DNA of 64,000 nucleotides from Camelus ferus (lineage: Eukaryota): contig NC_045697.1 of NCBI RefSeq assembly GCF_009834535.1, positions 40,426,001 to 40,490,000 on the forward strand, read 5' to 3'. A program made the position numbers and the translations under genes. Numbering within the stretch: position 1 is the stretch's first letter; the number at the start of each line of letters is the position of its first letter. Positions 51,050 to 63,824 of this stretch are shown piece by piece. The notes under the pieces were generated by a model that was not told where the DNA came from, did no database searches, and was given only the letters and a program-made list of their open reading frames with translations.

Positions 51050-53540
51050 TGTATTAGATAGGGTTCACCAGAGAAACAGAACCAACAGGATATGTAGAAA
51101 TACATAAGAGATATAGATACAGATATATTATAAGAATAGGCACATGATTATGGAGACTGAGAAGTCTCATGATGTAAAATTAACAATGCTTAAATACTGT
51201 TATAAGGTCAATACATCCTATGTTACATGATAGGAAATAAGGAAAAAAATAAAGATATTTGAGATAGATAGATAGATAGACAGACATACAGACACACAAA
51301 TGTACTCATGACAAAATAAGGAGGAAATGCTCATAACAATTACAGTCCTCATTTATGTAACTGGTCATGTGGTCATAGTTGGTATTTGTAACTATTTTCT
51401 TCTACTACTACACATTCTATGTGCCCTTTGCCTTCAGCAAGCACCTCAGCTGGCCATGGTTCTTACCTGGTGTGGTCACCCAAATCTTCATTCCTGAAGG
51501 GTCTGGGCCATTTGTAGTCCTGCCTGGATTGGGTGGTTGTAGTTTTCCATTGACCTTAATCACAGTGCATGCTAATTCTAAGAGACACCCTAACAGATCT
51601 CCTGTATTCCAGATATACATTTCCTTACCTCCATTGTGGAGTAACAGTTCAATCTCCCCTTGGTAATCATGATCAGTCACTCCAGCCAACAGCATAATTC
51701 TCTTCTTAACCTGTTGTTTCAGAGGCATGAGGAGCTCCAAGTGGCCAGATGGAAGGATTAACTTCCACTTCAATGGAATCATTGTTGAGTTTTCCCTCTG
51801 GAACTAAGACCTCCGGGTCAGCAAAGCATAAAGTCACAGAAACAAGGAGCAAAAATGTTGCTGATGGATCACTTGGGATAATAGTGAGTGGTGCCACTAC
51901 AATTTTCACTCCTTGCTCACTAGACTCATAAATCCTGGCTTCTAGGGGTCTTTATGGACAAGATGGAAAAAAGGCATTTGCCAGATCAATGTTGCATACC
52001 AGTTACTAGTTAATTTGCTCAAGCAATGAAACTGCATCTAGTACAGCAGCTACAATTGGAGTCACCACCTAGTTAAGTTTACAATAACCCACTATCATTC
52101 TCCAGGATCCAGCTAACTTCTGCACAGGCCAATAGGAGAGCTGAATGGGAATGTGGTAGGAGTCACTACCCTTGCACATTTCAAGTCCCTGATGGTGGCA
52201 CTAATCTCTGTAAATCCTCCAGAAAAAGCAGTATCACTTGTGATTTACTATTTTTCTAGGTAGAGCCAGTTCTAATGCTTTCACTTGACCTTTCTCACCA
52301 TAATACTCCTTACTCCACAAGTCAGGAAATGGGTATAAGGATTCTGTCAGCTGCTAAGTGTGTCTACTTCAATTATGCACTCTGCAATTGGGGAAATAAC
52401 AGCAGGATGGGTTTTGGGACCCACTAGACCCACTTTGAGATGGACTTGTGCTAAAATTCCACCAATTACCTGAGCTCCCTAAACCCCTATTCTGACTGGG
52501 GGCCCCACAGTGACATTTGGGGTCTCCTGTATTAGTGTCAGTTCAGAGCCAGTATCCAGTAGTCCCTGCAAGGTCTGATTATTCCCTTTTCCACATGAGG
52601 TACAGTTATCCTGATAAAAGGCCATAGGTCCCATTTGGAGAAGCTGAAAGAAATATTAATAATATAAATTTTCAGTACTGCACAAGATTCTGCCTCAAAA
52701 GGACCCAGCCTCTGCTTCTTTCAAGGAATTCTGGATCTGTAAACTGTCTCAAGTCTGGGAATTGACTGAGGGACTGTAACTCTGTTTTTACCACTTGAGT
52801 TAGACTTTTATTTTCTTGACATAGAATTTTTCTGCTTATACAGATAAAACAAGAATTTAGTGCATTCTCCATCTATTTCATTTCTAGGAACACCATGATG
52901 AACTAGCCAATACCATAGATCTGTCCAAGTCAGAATAGTCTGATTGCTGTTTTAACTCTGCTATCTGTTATGGTAACCACACTCAACTTGCCTTTGGAGG
53001 TTGAGTGTCACCACTTGGCCCCTGCCACCCCAGGATCCAGTTACCCACCCCCCTCCCCATTACAATTAGTTATTCAAATTGAATATCAGGTTCTCACTGT
53101 AAAGTCTGGCTTACAAGAAGAGCGATCATGGAGTTCTTCAGTGATGCTGGAGCTGCCTTCACAAATTTATTTCTCAAAGTATTGAAGAGAGGTATGTCTT
53201 CTGGACTTTCCCAGTGTAGGTGAGTAGGTCTGAAATGACAAATCCACTCTAATATCACTATTTCTCTAAGTCTCTGAATCCCTTCCTCTACATTAAACCA
53301 AGAGAGGTCAGCCATTTCCAGTCTGCTCACTGTGAGCCACCTTTTGGTACTTGTTTCAGTCGATCAACTGACTAACTCTTAGAGCCCTTTCTAACTCCCT
53401 GAGCTCCAACATTAAATGCAGAATCTCTGTTTCATGAGCCCATATCAATAAATTCAGCCTGACCTAACTTTATCTTTCTTCCACCATTATCCCACATCCT
53501 TAGCATCTATTTCCACACGTTTCCTAGATTTCTGCTTGTA
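51050..53540 (-). mobile_element. ERVL provirus remnant: MLT2-type LTR end plus gag/pro/RT-start/IN-end/dUTPase internal sequence, internally deleted
   Basis: MLT2 3' end (rc TCCTGTTGGTTCTGTTTCTCTGGTGAACCCTATCTAATACA) at 51050. dUTPase-like ORF 51417..51782 (LAGVTDHDYQGEI), RT motif IDLANAFF at 51967..51990, protease GLLDTGSELTL at 52533..52565, and gag-like ORF 53094..53330 (WFNVEEGIQRLREI..LEWI). Confidence 0.9.
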
Positions 53541-54884
53541 TAAGTACAATGAAAATGAATTATTAGAAAAATGATCACATTTGAATTTCATAGCAATGTG
53601 AAGTTGTTATAAAGGTTATAAATGCTTACTCTAAATTTCTGTAATTCTGAACAGCTAATAACAACTCCACTGATTAGCAGTGAAATGAATACTGTAAATA
53701 TCTGTAGGTTGATGAGATTATTTCAAAAGCTATAAAAAGCTGGAATTGGCAATGATACTGCCAAAATCCTAGCGATAGACATTCTGGATCGAGATACTTC
53801 TCCATCAAACACTCCTCTGAAGATAGGTAGTAAAGCATGTGACTAAATTTAATTTATACACAACTCTAATATTATCGAGCTGTTGTTTTCCTATCTGGTA
53901 AGTCTAGGGTAAGTTTACTTATCAATGGCCATTTTGTTTCAAGATGGCAGTCTGACTCTTTCTAAAGTGTAGAGCCATGAAGAATACTGTAAATTTGTTT
54001 TTCTGATTGTTTTTGGGGGGGTTGCTTATTTTATTTGTTTTCAGTTTAGTCAGAATGGAAAAGAGGACTGTGATAAGATTCCTTGGTTGAACTAAATGGC
54101 TACATTCCTCATTTACATTCTTGAAAATGAAATGCAGTCCCAACAATAATGAAGGGAGATGAGTTGAACCTTAAAGAAAAATAAAACCCATAACCAGTAA
54201 TAAACATCATGCTCTTGGTTTGTCCAGACAAATCAACAAAGGCGAGGAGAAGTATGTCGAATTTCAGAAATATGTCAAAATATATCAAACTTCAGAAAAC
54301 CGAAGTCAGAGAGATTTCTAGGAAAGGAAACATCTACAAATTTAGTGTCCAGCAACCTCAATTCCAGAAGAGAACTCAAATTCATTTTAGGGATGGGAAC
54401 TGTGAAATACCAGAACTTGACCAATTATGGTGGACTCAGTAGCAGAATGGAATAGAAACATGGACCTCCCTGTCTCCATGAGAAATGGCAGTCGAGGAGT
54501 TATGCCATCCTGCAGGGTTTAAACAGGGAAGAAATCTGTGTGCAAAACACTAGGACCAAGAAGAAATGACAATATGTGTTCAGGGTACAGAGAGTAATCA
54601 GCAAAAAAGATGCAAATTCCCACAGGTGGTGATCTGGAATGGGCAATGTTTAAGGAACAGACAGGTATCTGGAAGTTCTGCCAGAATTTAGGAAAAAGAC
54701 TAGCAAGATAAGCAGAGTTTGGGTTTTAGCAGAAACACACCTCCTGAGAAAGTAAAAATTAGCTTGGACTGAGAGTTAAAAATCTACCCACCCTTTGTCA
54801 GACTGGAATAACAGACACAGATAAAGCCAGCTGCATATGTAACAGAAAACAGCCTCTCTTTCAAGGATACTGAAGCTGTAAATT

Positions 54885-55368
54885 GTCACAGCAACCTCCT
54901 ACTTTGAATGACTCCTGCGTTATTCATCACTGAGAAATTTTATTCTCTAAAATCATAGGTTATCAGAGATTTTTCTGTTTAAAATCGTATCAGTAAAAGT
55001 AAAACACTCTACCCTTGCCTAGGTTTAAGGTAATTTGACACAGAGATTCAGTCTCAATTTAACACCCAGGTTCAGAGATTCAGATACAACAGTCCACATC
55101 CACCTTTGTACTTTCCAAGGACACAGGAGCCTGGGTCTACTTCACAGTCCAAACTTAATACTGACCCCTTTAAGTCACTGCTTCATTTAAATATCACCTC
55201 AGTTCCACCCTTTCCCAACATCCTATAATAGTTCTATCTTTTCCTTTGCTGAGACTCCCAAGGTTGCTCCTGTGAGCAGTCTCCTTCCTTGCATTGGGTT
55301 GCGAAGCCTGATTGTGTCAGACAGTAGGTTTGCTTTCTGGTCATCTTAGGCTGATTGGGCTGGGACAA
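54885..55368 (+). mobile_element. Probable old ERVL-class solo LTR (family uncertain)
   Basis: A TG...CA-bounded ~480-bp segment with a TATA-like tttaaata and an LTR-like 3' end ...ctgattgggctgggaca. Confidence 0.35.
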
Positions 55369-58300
55369 TTCTAATCAGTATACATGCTAAAATAAGATGA
55401 GGGAGCTACGCAGAAACCCAGTTAGAAAGATCAACAGGCATTGTCACTTGGGGACAAGGTAAGAATCCATATAAGAGAATCGGGTTATCAGGATAAGACA
55501 AGAAGTAAATGTGCTTGTGTACCAAGCCTAAGTGTTGGTCTGTTATAGCCTGAGCATTTTCTGCCTTCAGTTCAGATTGATCTGAAAACAGGGAGATGGA
55601 GTTAGGATAGCAAGGAAGATTTAGTGGTTTCAACTGAGGAAAGTACCAGCGAGGTAGGAGCTAGGACCCAGGTGGTTGTGACTGAAATCTTGGAAGCAGG
55701 CAAAAGAGCTAGTGATGTAATTCAAGCACAGCAACTCCTGACTAGGGGGTTTGACTCGGACCTCACATGGGGAGACGCCTAGGAATTAAATTCTGCAAAG
55801 GGCAAAGTATTTCCTCCCCACAGACACTTCCTCTCCATAAAGGAGAGGGAAAAAAAGGAAAGAGTAAAGGAGGGAGGGATATAGCTAGTGGCAAAGCCCA
55901 AAATAATGGACAGGGGAGGAAGGGAAGCACCTTATGATAAAGCTCTCTGGAAATGCAGTGTTTCATACTAGATTTGAGACTGTGCAAACCAATGGAAAAC
56001 ACATTGAGATTAATGTATTGGTGATCTTTACTTTACATTGTTTTCTCAGCTACATGGGTACTCCGTAGGAATTGATTCTATTTTTCTTTTTCTTTTTTTA
56101 GCATATAAACCCAAGATCCCTGTTCAGAGGCGAGAGGTTGGAGAGGTTGGGAACATTGAGTTGTTGGCTTGTTTCAATCTCTAGAGGATTTGCTTGCAAG
56201 TGGCAGTGAATGGATCACCGTGAGAACACAATGATATTTTAATCTGTGACTAAACTGTTCTATTCTGTTCCTGCTCCTTTTAGGGAAAGGAAAATTGTTC
56301 CTAGTTATTTTGGTCTAAAAGTTTTTCAGAACTTCCATTACAAACGATAAAGCAAGTTTGACTTCTGGGAAATTCCATTCCAATTAATAATTTTAGATGT
56401 ATTTATATGGTGAGGTATGGACTCTTTAGTCTTTTTATAATCTATTTTAAGAAATAGATTTTATAACGACAACAACAACAACAACAACAAAAAAAAAACA
56501 CCTTACTACATTTCTTGATTTGTGGTATGAGCAGGTGCAGAAGGAAATCCTGGGTCAGGTGGGAAGGGTAAGATGATCTCTGAGAGCCAATTTTAAAGTC
56601 ATGCATCTTCAGTCTACATGGAGTAACCTACACAACCAAAAAAGAAATCTTGAATTCCCAATAATCTCCAGCACCATCATGATAGCCTCTTGTTCAAAAG
56701 ATGGCAGTGTTACCTTAGCTCTTTTACTGTAGCACAGAAACCCATCCCCCCAACCACTCTCGCCCCACTCCTCCACACATATATCACTATTATTTTTAAC
56801 TACCGCTTCCAAAGTGGGAAAGAAACTTAAGAGCTTTGTAAGGAGAAAAGTGAATGTGAAAAGTAAATACAAAGTGACTACTAGCAGTATTAACGCTTTA
56901 TAACACTTTTCTAAACCAATGGCTTTCACATCTTTTTTACTGCAACCAACAGTATATGCATATATATTTGTGTACGTATGTAAATAGAGATATCGTCGAG
57001 TCTCACAAAACACTACATATAATGCACTAAAGTTTTTTCTTTTTTATTCTTTCATTTTAGAAAACGTTGGTCATGAGTCACTAAACTGATATCATGATCT
57101 ACTAAATGAGTGGCCACCAGAGGTTTAAAAAATATTGCTCTCATGGGCAATGTTAGCAGATAGTTCATTAATCTTTACTCCAGAAAAGAACCTAAAAGCC
57201 CCAATTTTGTTTTCCAGTACTGGACTTCTTGTGTTCAAAGGAACTACTCTTGCGATGTTCTTTTGGAGTGTCTCTATTTTTGCCTTCAAGGTCCAGAGGT
57301 CAATGCAGATATGATTACACAGGAAAAACAGGATTGTAGTCTTCCTTCATTGTTTCTATCTCCTCCACCCTCAGAAACACTTTTTAAGGTGAAGCCTTTA
57401 TAAGAACTGGCTGGAAATTCATCCAGCTTGATTCAGATGACACTTGCAGAGGCTCTCATTGGACTAGAAATGGCTAAGAAAGTGATAGAAAAAGGGACAG
57501 ATTAAATATCTAAGGCATTTCACAAAAGGAAATACAACACACCTGTGAAAAAAAGGTCAGTCTGCGTGTAATGAACCGGTATTCAAGGTATAGTCTTAGG
57601 TTAAAAAGAGTAAGTTAAGCACATGTGTATAGTAGACTTCCATGTGTTTTTAAAACACATGTGTTTATATGTGCATAGACTATTTCTGGAAAGTTCCACA
57701 AGTTATTAATAATGGGAATTGCCTCTTTGGAAGAGAAATAGAGGCCTGGGAGTCTGGAGTGATAGAGATTTAATATTTTTGTACACCTTTTCATAGTGTT
57801 TGAAATTTTTATTTTGTGTATATACATATATTACTTTTTCAATTCAAAATAGTTAATTTTTAAAAATATGCTGGAGGAAGTAAGTACTCACAAACTCATC
57901 AAGTTGAAGGGAGTTTTTCTTGTGAACAGTCATATAAATAGATGTTTATTATAGCACCAAAATTCATTATCTTTCTCATTTATATATCTTATATAATTTA
58001 CAAAGAGTGTCACATTCATTGCCTGATTTAGTGCTCACAACAACCTTTTGCAACAGGTGGGACAGTTACTAGAAGCCACACTTAACAAATTGGAAAAAAA
58101 CAAAAAACCCTGAAGCCTAAAGGAGTTAAAAATCTAGAGCATATTTTAAAGAAAGAAGTTTGGAGTCATTTACATGACTGTGATATAGCAGAAACCTGAA
58201 ATTTTACAGTATTATGAGTTACCAAGTAGTTTCTAAATAGCAGTATTTTTTAAAGCCTTCAGCAATATTCCTTGCAATATTAACCTCTTAACTAAGAAAC

Positions 58301-59594
58301 TTGCATAAAGTAGGAAGGAGGTGGGGGAAAAGCCTACTGAAACTCTTTGTGTAAAATATGCCTAATATTAGGACATAAATTAATGACTGGTTGAAAATTA
58401 ACATTAAAGAAGTTGCATTCAAAACTTCGCCATATAGAATTTTGTCTTTGAATTAGAACAAATCTAAAATAATCATCCGAGTGGAAAAAGGAAAATTTAT
58501 GAATTCTTACTACTAAATCTTGAATAATACCCTAAAGGCTTATGGCTATGGTCACTCCCAGAGTCCCCAGACGTCCAATTTACACCTCTTGTCCCCACGT
58601 AATTACTCATAACACCCCTTTCACTCTCAGGTGTATCCTAGCTTGGGCAATAGATTATATCTCCGCCCTATTAAATATTACACTCTAGCCTCATGCACCT
58701 TTAAGATCCTCATGTTCTAGGGTTAGGGCTTCAACTCAAAACTAAGAATTAACCTCATTCATGCAAAATCTGAAGAAACTATGTTCAGATTTTAGCTACA
58801 TGTATGACTCTCAAATAAAAATGGGTAGTTTCCAATGCATCACCCACTGGCAACTGTTGGATTTGTTAAAGAGATTAATAGTGAGAAGGGAGCCTCAGGG
58901 TCTGATTTGGAAATTTTGACATGTAGGGGTTTAAAGGGCAAGTGTGAACCAAGTTTGACTTGGTGAGACTGAGGTTGAAGACAAATAATTGACTCCATTT
59001 AACAGAGTTCTGAGCAGAGAGTTCAAAATTGCACCCCTTCCAAGAGTCCTTCATTCATGAGTTCATTTATGTATTAATTGTTGGAGAGTGCCAACTGGAG
59101 GCAAGACATGTTCTAAGCACTGATTCAGTTTTGTCAATAGTTTCAGGGGCTTCACGCTACATTTCCAGCAGTTTGCAGGAATGTGATACTACATGTGAAA
59201 TTTTGTTGTATAAACCGGCCTCTGAATTCTTTTCTGACTAGCACTGTTTAGAATTTCCATAATTTGTAATTACTCTATTCACTAATTACAGAGATTATTC
59301 CTATGGTCCAGGTAGGTTAAATTGTTGCTGCAATTCTTTTTTCATATTACAAGTGTATTTTGTTCTTAGAACAAGCATATTAGTTATAACCAAGCTGGAT
59401 ATCATGGTAACAGCATCTTTTACTCAGCAGTATGCAGACCATCTATCCAGGACATATAATTACTGACTGATTAAGGCAATGCCACAGGTTGTTTATAAGA
59501 TGTGTTTACCTGCTACGTTCTCTAAAGCACTTGGCACTTGAAGTTATTGAGTAAGTGATTACTTGAGGTTTCTGTGTAAAGTATTAAAGAATAT

Positions 59595-59600
59595 TTTAAT
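59595..59600 (-). terminator. DSPP: Candidate DSPP polyadenylation signal (ATTAAA)
   Basis: tttaat on plus reads ATTAAA on minus, ~280 nt after the stop in an A-rich context. An alternative AATAAA lies at 59812..59817. Confidence 0.45.
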
Positions 59601-59876
59601 TGTTAATTTATGTTTATGTTTATACTTTTAACAAAATCTTTTCAGGACATATTTAACATACATGTACACAGTCAGATTCTCTCTCTGAAGGTGTTGGCAC
59701 TTGGTTCTGAATCTGACAGTTTGACTATTTCTCTCGTCGTTTCTGTGGATATGTGGATGTTTACATATGTCTTCTGTGTATTTCTCCCCTTTCTCTACTT
59801 CCCTGGAAATCTTTATTTCCTATCAATTACTCACCAGATTTTTCACAAAAGGAATCTCATGGGTTTTTCTTTAGTT

Positions 59877-62228
59877 CTAATCATCACTGGTTGAGTGATT
59901 ACTGTCACTGCCTTCACTGTCACTATCACTGTCACTTCCACTGTTGTTGCCATTACCAGGCTTGCTCTTGCTGTCACTCTCATCACTACTGTCAGATTCA
60001 CTGTCACTGCTCTCACTACTGTCACTGCTATTACTGCTGTCACTACTGTCTGACTTGCTGTCACTGCTATCACTACTGTCACTACTGTCACTGCTGTCAC
60101 TACTGTCTGACTTGCTGTCACTGCTATCACTACTGTCACTACTGTCACTGCTGTCACTGCTATCACTGCTGTTGCTACTGTCACTGCTGTCACTGCTGTC
60201 GCTACTGTCACTGCTGTCACTGCTGTCGCTACTGTCACTGCTGTCTGATTTGCTGTCACTATCACTGCTGTCACTGCTGTCACTGCTGTCTGACTTGCTG
60301 TCACTATCACTACTGTCACTGCTGTCGCTGCTGTCACTGCTGTTGCTACTGTCACTGCTGTCACTACTGTCACTGCTGTCACTGCTGTTGCTACTGTCAC
60401 TGCTGTTGCTACTGTCACTGCTATCACTGCTGTCACTACTGGCACTGCTGTCTGACTTGCTGTCACTATCACTACTGTCACTGCTGTCACTACTGTCACT
60501 GCTGTCTGACTTGCTGTCACTATCACTACTGTCACTACTGTCACTGCTATCACTGCTGTTGCTACTGTCACTGCTGTTGCTACTGTCACTGCTGTCACTG
60601 CTGTCACTACTGTCACTGCTGTCTGACTTGCTGTCACTATCACTACTGTCACTGCTGTCATTGCTATCACTGCTGTTGCTACTGTCACTGCTGTCACTGC
60701 TGTCTGACTTGCTGTCACTATCACTACTGTCACTGCTGTCGCTACTGTCACTGCTGTCTGACTTGCTGTCACTATCACTGCTGTCACTGCTGTCGCTGCT
60801 GTCACTGCTGTCACTACTGTCACTGCTGTTGCTGCTGTCGCTACTGTCACTGCTGTCTGACTTGCTGTCACTATCACTACTGTCACTGCTGTCGCTGCTG
60901 TCGCTACTGTCACTGCTGTCTGACTTGCTGTCACTATCACTGCTGTCACTGCTGTCGCTACTGTCACTGCTGTCACTGCTGTCACTGCTGTCTGACTTGC
61001 TGTCACTATCACTACTGTCACTACTGTCACTGCTGTCGCTACTGTCACTGCTGTCTGACTTGCTGTCACTATCACTGCTGTCACTGCTGTCGCTGCTGTC
61101 ACTACTGTCACTGCTGTCACTGCTGTCACTGCTGTCTGACTTGCTGTCACTATCACTACTGTCACTGCTGTCGCTGCTGTCACTGCTGTCTGACTTGCTG
61201 TCACTATCACTGCTGTCACTACTGTCACTGCTGTCGCTACTGTCACTGCTGTCTGACTTGCTGTCACTATCACTGCTGTCACTGCTGTCGCTGCTGTCAC
61301 TACTGTCACTGCTGTCACTGCTGTCACTGCTGTCTGACTTGCTGTCACTATCACTGCTGTCACTGCTGTCGCTACTGTCACTGCTGTCTGACTTGCTGTC
61401 ACTATCACTACTGTCACTGCTGTCGCTGCTGTCACTGCTGTCACTGCTGTCACTGCTGTCTGACTTGCTGTCACTATCACTGCTGTCACTGCTGTCACTG
61501 CTGTCACTGCTGTCTGACTTGCTGTCACTATCACTGCTGTCACTGCTATCACTACTGTCGCTGCTGTCACTACTGTCAGACTTGTTGTCACTGCTGTCAC
61601 TGCTATCACTGCTGTCACTACTGTCAGACTTGTTGTCACTGCTGTCACTGCTATCACTACTGTCATTGCTGTCACTGTCATCTGATTTATCTTTGCTGCT
61701 GTCTGATTTGCCATTGTCATCACCTCCATTGTTACCATTGTCATCACCTCCATTGTTACCATTGTCATCACTGTCACTATCATTAGCATCTGATGTGTTA
61801 TCATGATCATCATCGTCTCCTCCTTGTGAGTTACTGTCACTGCCATTATCTTTTGATTCATCAGAGTTATAAGAAGCATCTCCTCGGCTACTGTGGTTAT
61901 TATCACCTTCAGAATTGGCATCTTCACTGCCATTAGACTCATCGCTGCTGTTGGGATCATCTCCTTGCATGGATTCTTCATCAAACTCGTTACTGTCATA
62001 TCCATCACTGTTACTGTCACTATGTGTTTTGCTGGGTCCAAGCTTATTTCCAGGTTCTGATTTCTGGCCAAGTCCTTGCGTGATGTCAACCTCTCCTTGG
62101 GTCTTGACATTTCCTTTGCCCACAATCATTCCATTTTGGCCTTTACTCTCTTTGTCTTCATTGACTTTCCCAGTTTCTTTGGTAATATTGTTTCTGAGGC
62201 CACTGCTGGGAACTTCAACTTCTGTTCC
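59877..62228 (-). CDS. DSPP: Dentin sialophosphoprotein exon 5 coding part (DGP/DSP C-terminus plus dentin phosphoprotein, DPP)
   Basis: Acceptor ctttccgtAG|GGAACAGAA is in frame with ORF 59877..62129. BMP1/tolloid site MQG|DDP at 61953..61970, RGD at 61878..61886, long DSS repeat, C-terminus [10 protein letters not shown] followed by TAG. DPP (61961 to 59880) is 694 aa. Confidence 0.98.
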   Translation of the reverse strand, partial: GTEVEVPSSGLRNNITKETGKVNEDKESKGQNGMIVGKGNVKTQGEVDITQGLGQKSEPGNKLGPSKTHSDSNSDGYDSNEFDEESMQGDDPNSSDESNGSEDANSEGDNNHSSRGDASYNSDESKDNGSDSNSQGGDDDDHDNTSDANDSDSDDNGNNGGDDNGNNGGDDNGKSDSSKDKSDDSDSNDSSDSSDSSDNKSDSSDSSDSSDSSDNKSDSSDSSDSSDSSDSSDSDSKSDSSDSSDSSDSSDSDSKSDSSDSSDSSDSSDSSDSSDSDSKSDSSDSSDSSDSSDSDSKSDSSDSSDSSDSSDSSDSSDSSDSDSKSDSSDSSDSSDSSDSSDSDSKSDSSDSSDSSDSSDSDSKSDSSDSSDSSDSSDSSDSSDSSDSDSKSDSSDSSDSSDSSDSSDSDSKSDSSDSSDSSDSSDSSDSSDSDSKSDSSDSSDSSDSSDSSDSDSKSDSSDSSDSSNSSDSSDSSDSSDSSDSSDSDSKSDSSDSSDSSDSSDSDSKSDSSDSSDSSNSSDSNDSSDSSDSDSKSDSSDSSDSSDSSDSSNSSDSSNSSDSSDSSDSSDSDSKSDSSDSSDSSDSSDSDSKSDSSASSDSSDSSDSSNSSDSSNSSDSSDSSDSSDSSNSSDSSDSSDSSDSDSKSDSSDSSDSSDSDSKSDSSDSSDSSDSSDSSDSSDSSDSSNSSDSSDSSDSSDSSDSSDSKSDSSDSSDSSDSSDSSDSKSDSSDSSNSSDSSESSDSESDSSDESDSKSKPGNGNNSGSDSDSDSEGSDSNHSTSDD
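59990..61680 (-). repeat. DSPP: Coding 9-bp tandem repeat (GAC AGY AGY = Asp-Ser-Ser) of dentin phosphoprotein
   Basis: The plus strand reads (ctgtcactg/ctgtcacta/ctgtcgctg)n, punctuated by gtctgacttgctgtcactatc (DSDSKS) units. Confidence 0.98.
61711..61771 (-). repeat. DSPP: 24-bp coding tandem repeat (DDNGNNGG x2.5) at the DPP N-terminus
   Basis: ccattgtcatcacctccattgtta x2, followed by ccattgtcatcac. Confidence 0.95.
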
Positions 62229-62706
62229 CTACGGAAAGATGGAGAAAAGCATGATTAATTAGTGAATGTTATGCTGCAAAACTGCATTGGTCTGAGGAAG
62301 ACTATCTGGGGAAAGTGACCAGAGAACAGGAGTTCAGCTTCCAGTGCTTCAGAAACATCTGTTTGTGAAAATGTGCCTTATTCAGTACTTGAAAGTACTC
62401 TGGTGTTTATAGGTCATCCCAGTAGGATGTCTACCTAGTAGGAACTTTGGTAAACAGTTACATGGTGAATTAATTGTTTAGCATATGACTTTTAAAGAAT
62501 TATAACCAAGTTTTCAGAGACATCTGCCTTTTAAAATTGTTCTGTATCAATTTCTAGTAAGGACCCCAGCTTTCCCCTCAAACATTCAAGTAATTTAGGT
62601 GCAAAAATACATGAATGTTTGTCACGCTTTATTTTTGTGCTACTGTCAGTGGAAGGAGGGGGAGAATTTAAACTACCATTGAAAGAAATCAGCTTCACAA
62701 ACTAAC

Positions 62707-63699
62707 CTTATCTTGGCTCTTCCCAATAGCAGGTGGCTCTAATTTTTCAGTGATTCCATTTTCCACAGCTTTGATTTCTTTGTGACTGGGTTTTTGAGTG
62801 TCCTCTATTCTTTGACTACCATTGTCTTCTGGAATACGGTCAGACTCTTCCTCACTCTTGGAGGTGTTGTCTCCATCAACAGCATGGGAGTCTTTTTTGT
62901 CCCCAGGGTCACCGTCTTCACTACTAACTGAATTTTGACCTAAGCTATTGTCATCATCATCTTCTTTTCCATGAGGCTGACCCTCCTGGCCCTTGCTGTT
63001 TTCTGTGCCCTTTCCTCCATTCCCTGTTTCCTCACCTTCATCATCACCAGAGCCCTTGTCTTCATCCTCATCTGCTCCATTCCCACTAGCACTTCCATCA
63101 GAATTATCCAGGCCAACATCTTCTCTATTGCCAATTCTACTTCCTCCTGGTGTAACCCCTGTTTCCTCATTCCCACTTCTCTCTCCTTCTCTCTGTGGTG
63201 TTACTGCACTTGATTCACCCCCATTTCTACAGAAATTCCCATTTATTTCATCCTCATGACCTGTACTGTTGTTGCTTCCAGCTGCTTGAGGTCCATCTTC
63301 TTGGACAACAGTGGCATCCTCACTCTGACTTGCATTTCCAACACCCCCATTTTCTGAATGCTTATCAACAATTCCATTAATATCGCTCCCATTTGCTGTG
63401 TCAGCACTGTCGATGATGCTTACTTGCCCCCTGATGCCATTTACGGTGGCGCTATCTTCTTGTCCATGTATCCCATCATGACCATATGTTTCTGGTTTTC
63501 CTGCGCCCCCTTTCAGACCCTCAGTGTTCCCCTCTTCATTTGCTACCGTAGATTGTGTAGAACTCTTTTCTACTTCTGCCCACTCAGAGCCATTCCCCTC
63601 TCCCTTGTAACCATCTTTGGTATATTGTTGCATTTCTCTTTCTTTTTCATACATGGGGACACCACTTTCTTTGGTGGTATCATTGGCATTTAACTCATC
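62707..63699 (-). CDS. DSPP: Dentin sialophosphoprotein exon 4 (most of the DSP domain)
   Basis: 993 nt open frame, the same frame as ORF 62695..63654. Acceptor ttttccAG|GATGAGTTAAAT (DELNANDT) and donor CAAGATAAG|GTtagt. It contains [27 protein letters not shown], the glycosaminoglycan-attachment region of DSP. Confidence 0.96.
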
Positions 63700-63824
63700 C
63701 TGGAAAAGAGAAGCAGTTCAAAATAAACTGCGGATATCATCTTAAAGTAAAGCAAACTGAAAAGATGAGCATTGATTTTTTGGAATCTAAAAACAGCTTA
63801 GAAACACATTTCTACATTCTATAC

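Noticed and set aside
51417..51782. Domesticated functional dUTPase gene
   Set aside because: The upstream part is in another frame (51706..51909), it is embedded in a decayed ERVL, and there is no evidence of expression or constraint.
59990..61680. Regularly punctuated repeat as a CRISPR-like or non-coding array
   Set aside because: The spacers are DSS-coding 9-mers in one open frame of DSPP, the context is eukaryotic and there are no cas genes.
59753..61786. 677-aa Cys/His-rich ORF as a novel metal-binding or keratin-associated protein gene
   Set aside because: It is the antisense shadow of the DPP 9-bp repeat, with no independent promoter, splice or conservation evidence. Kept only as a low-interest finding.
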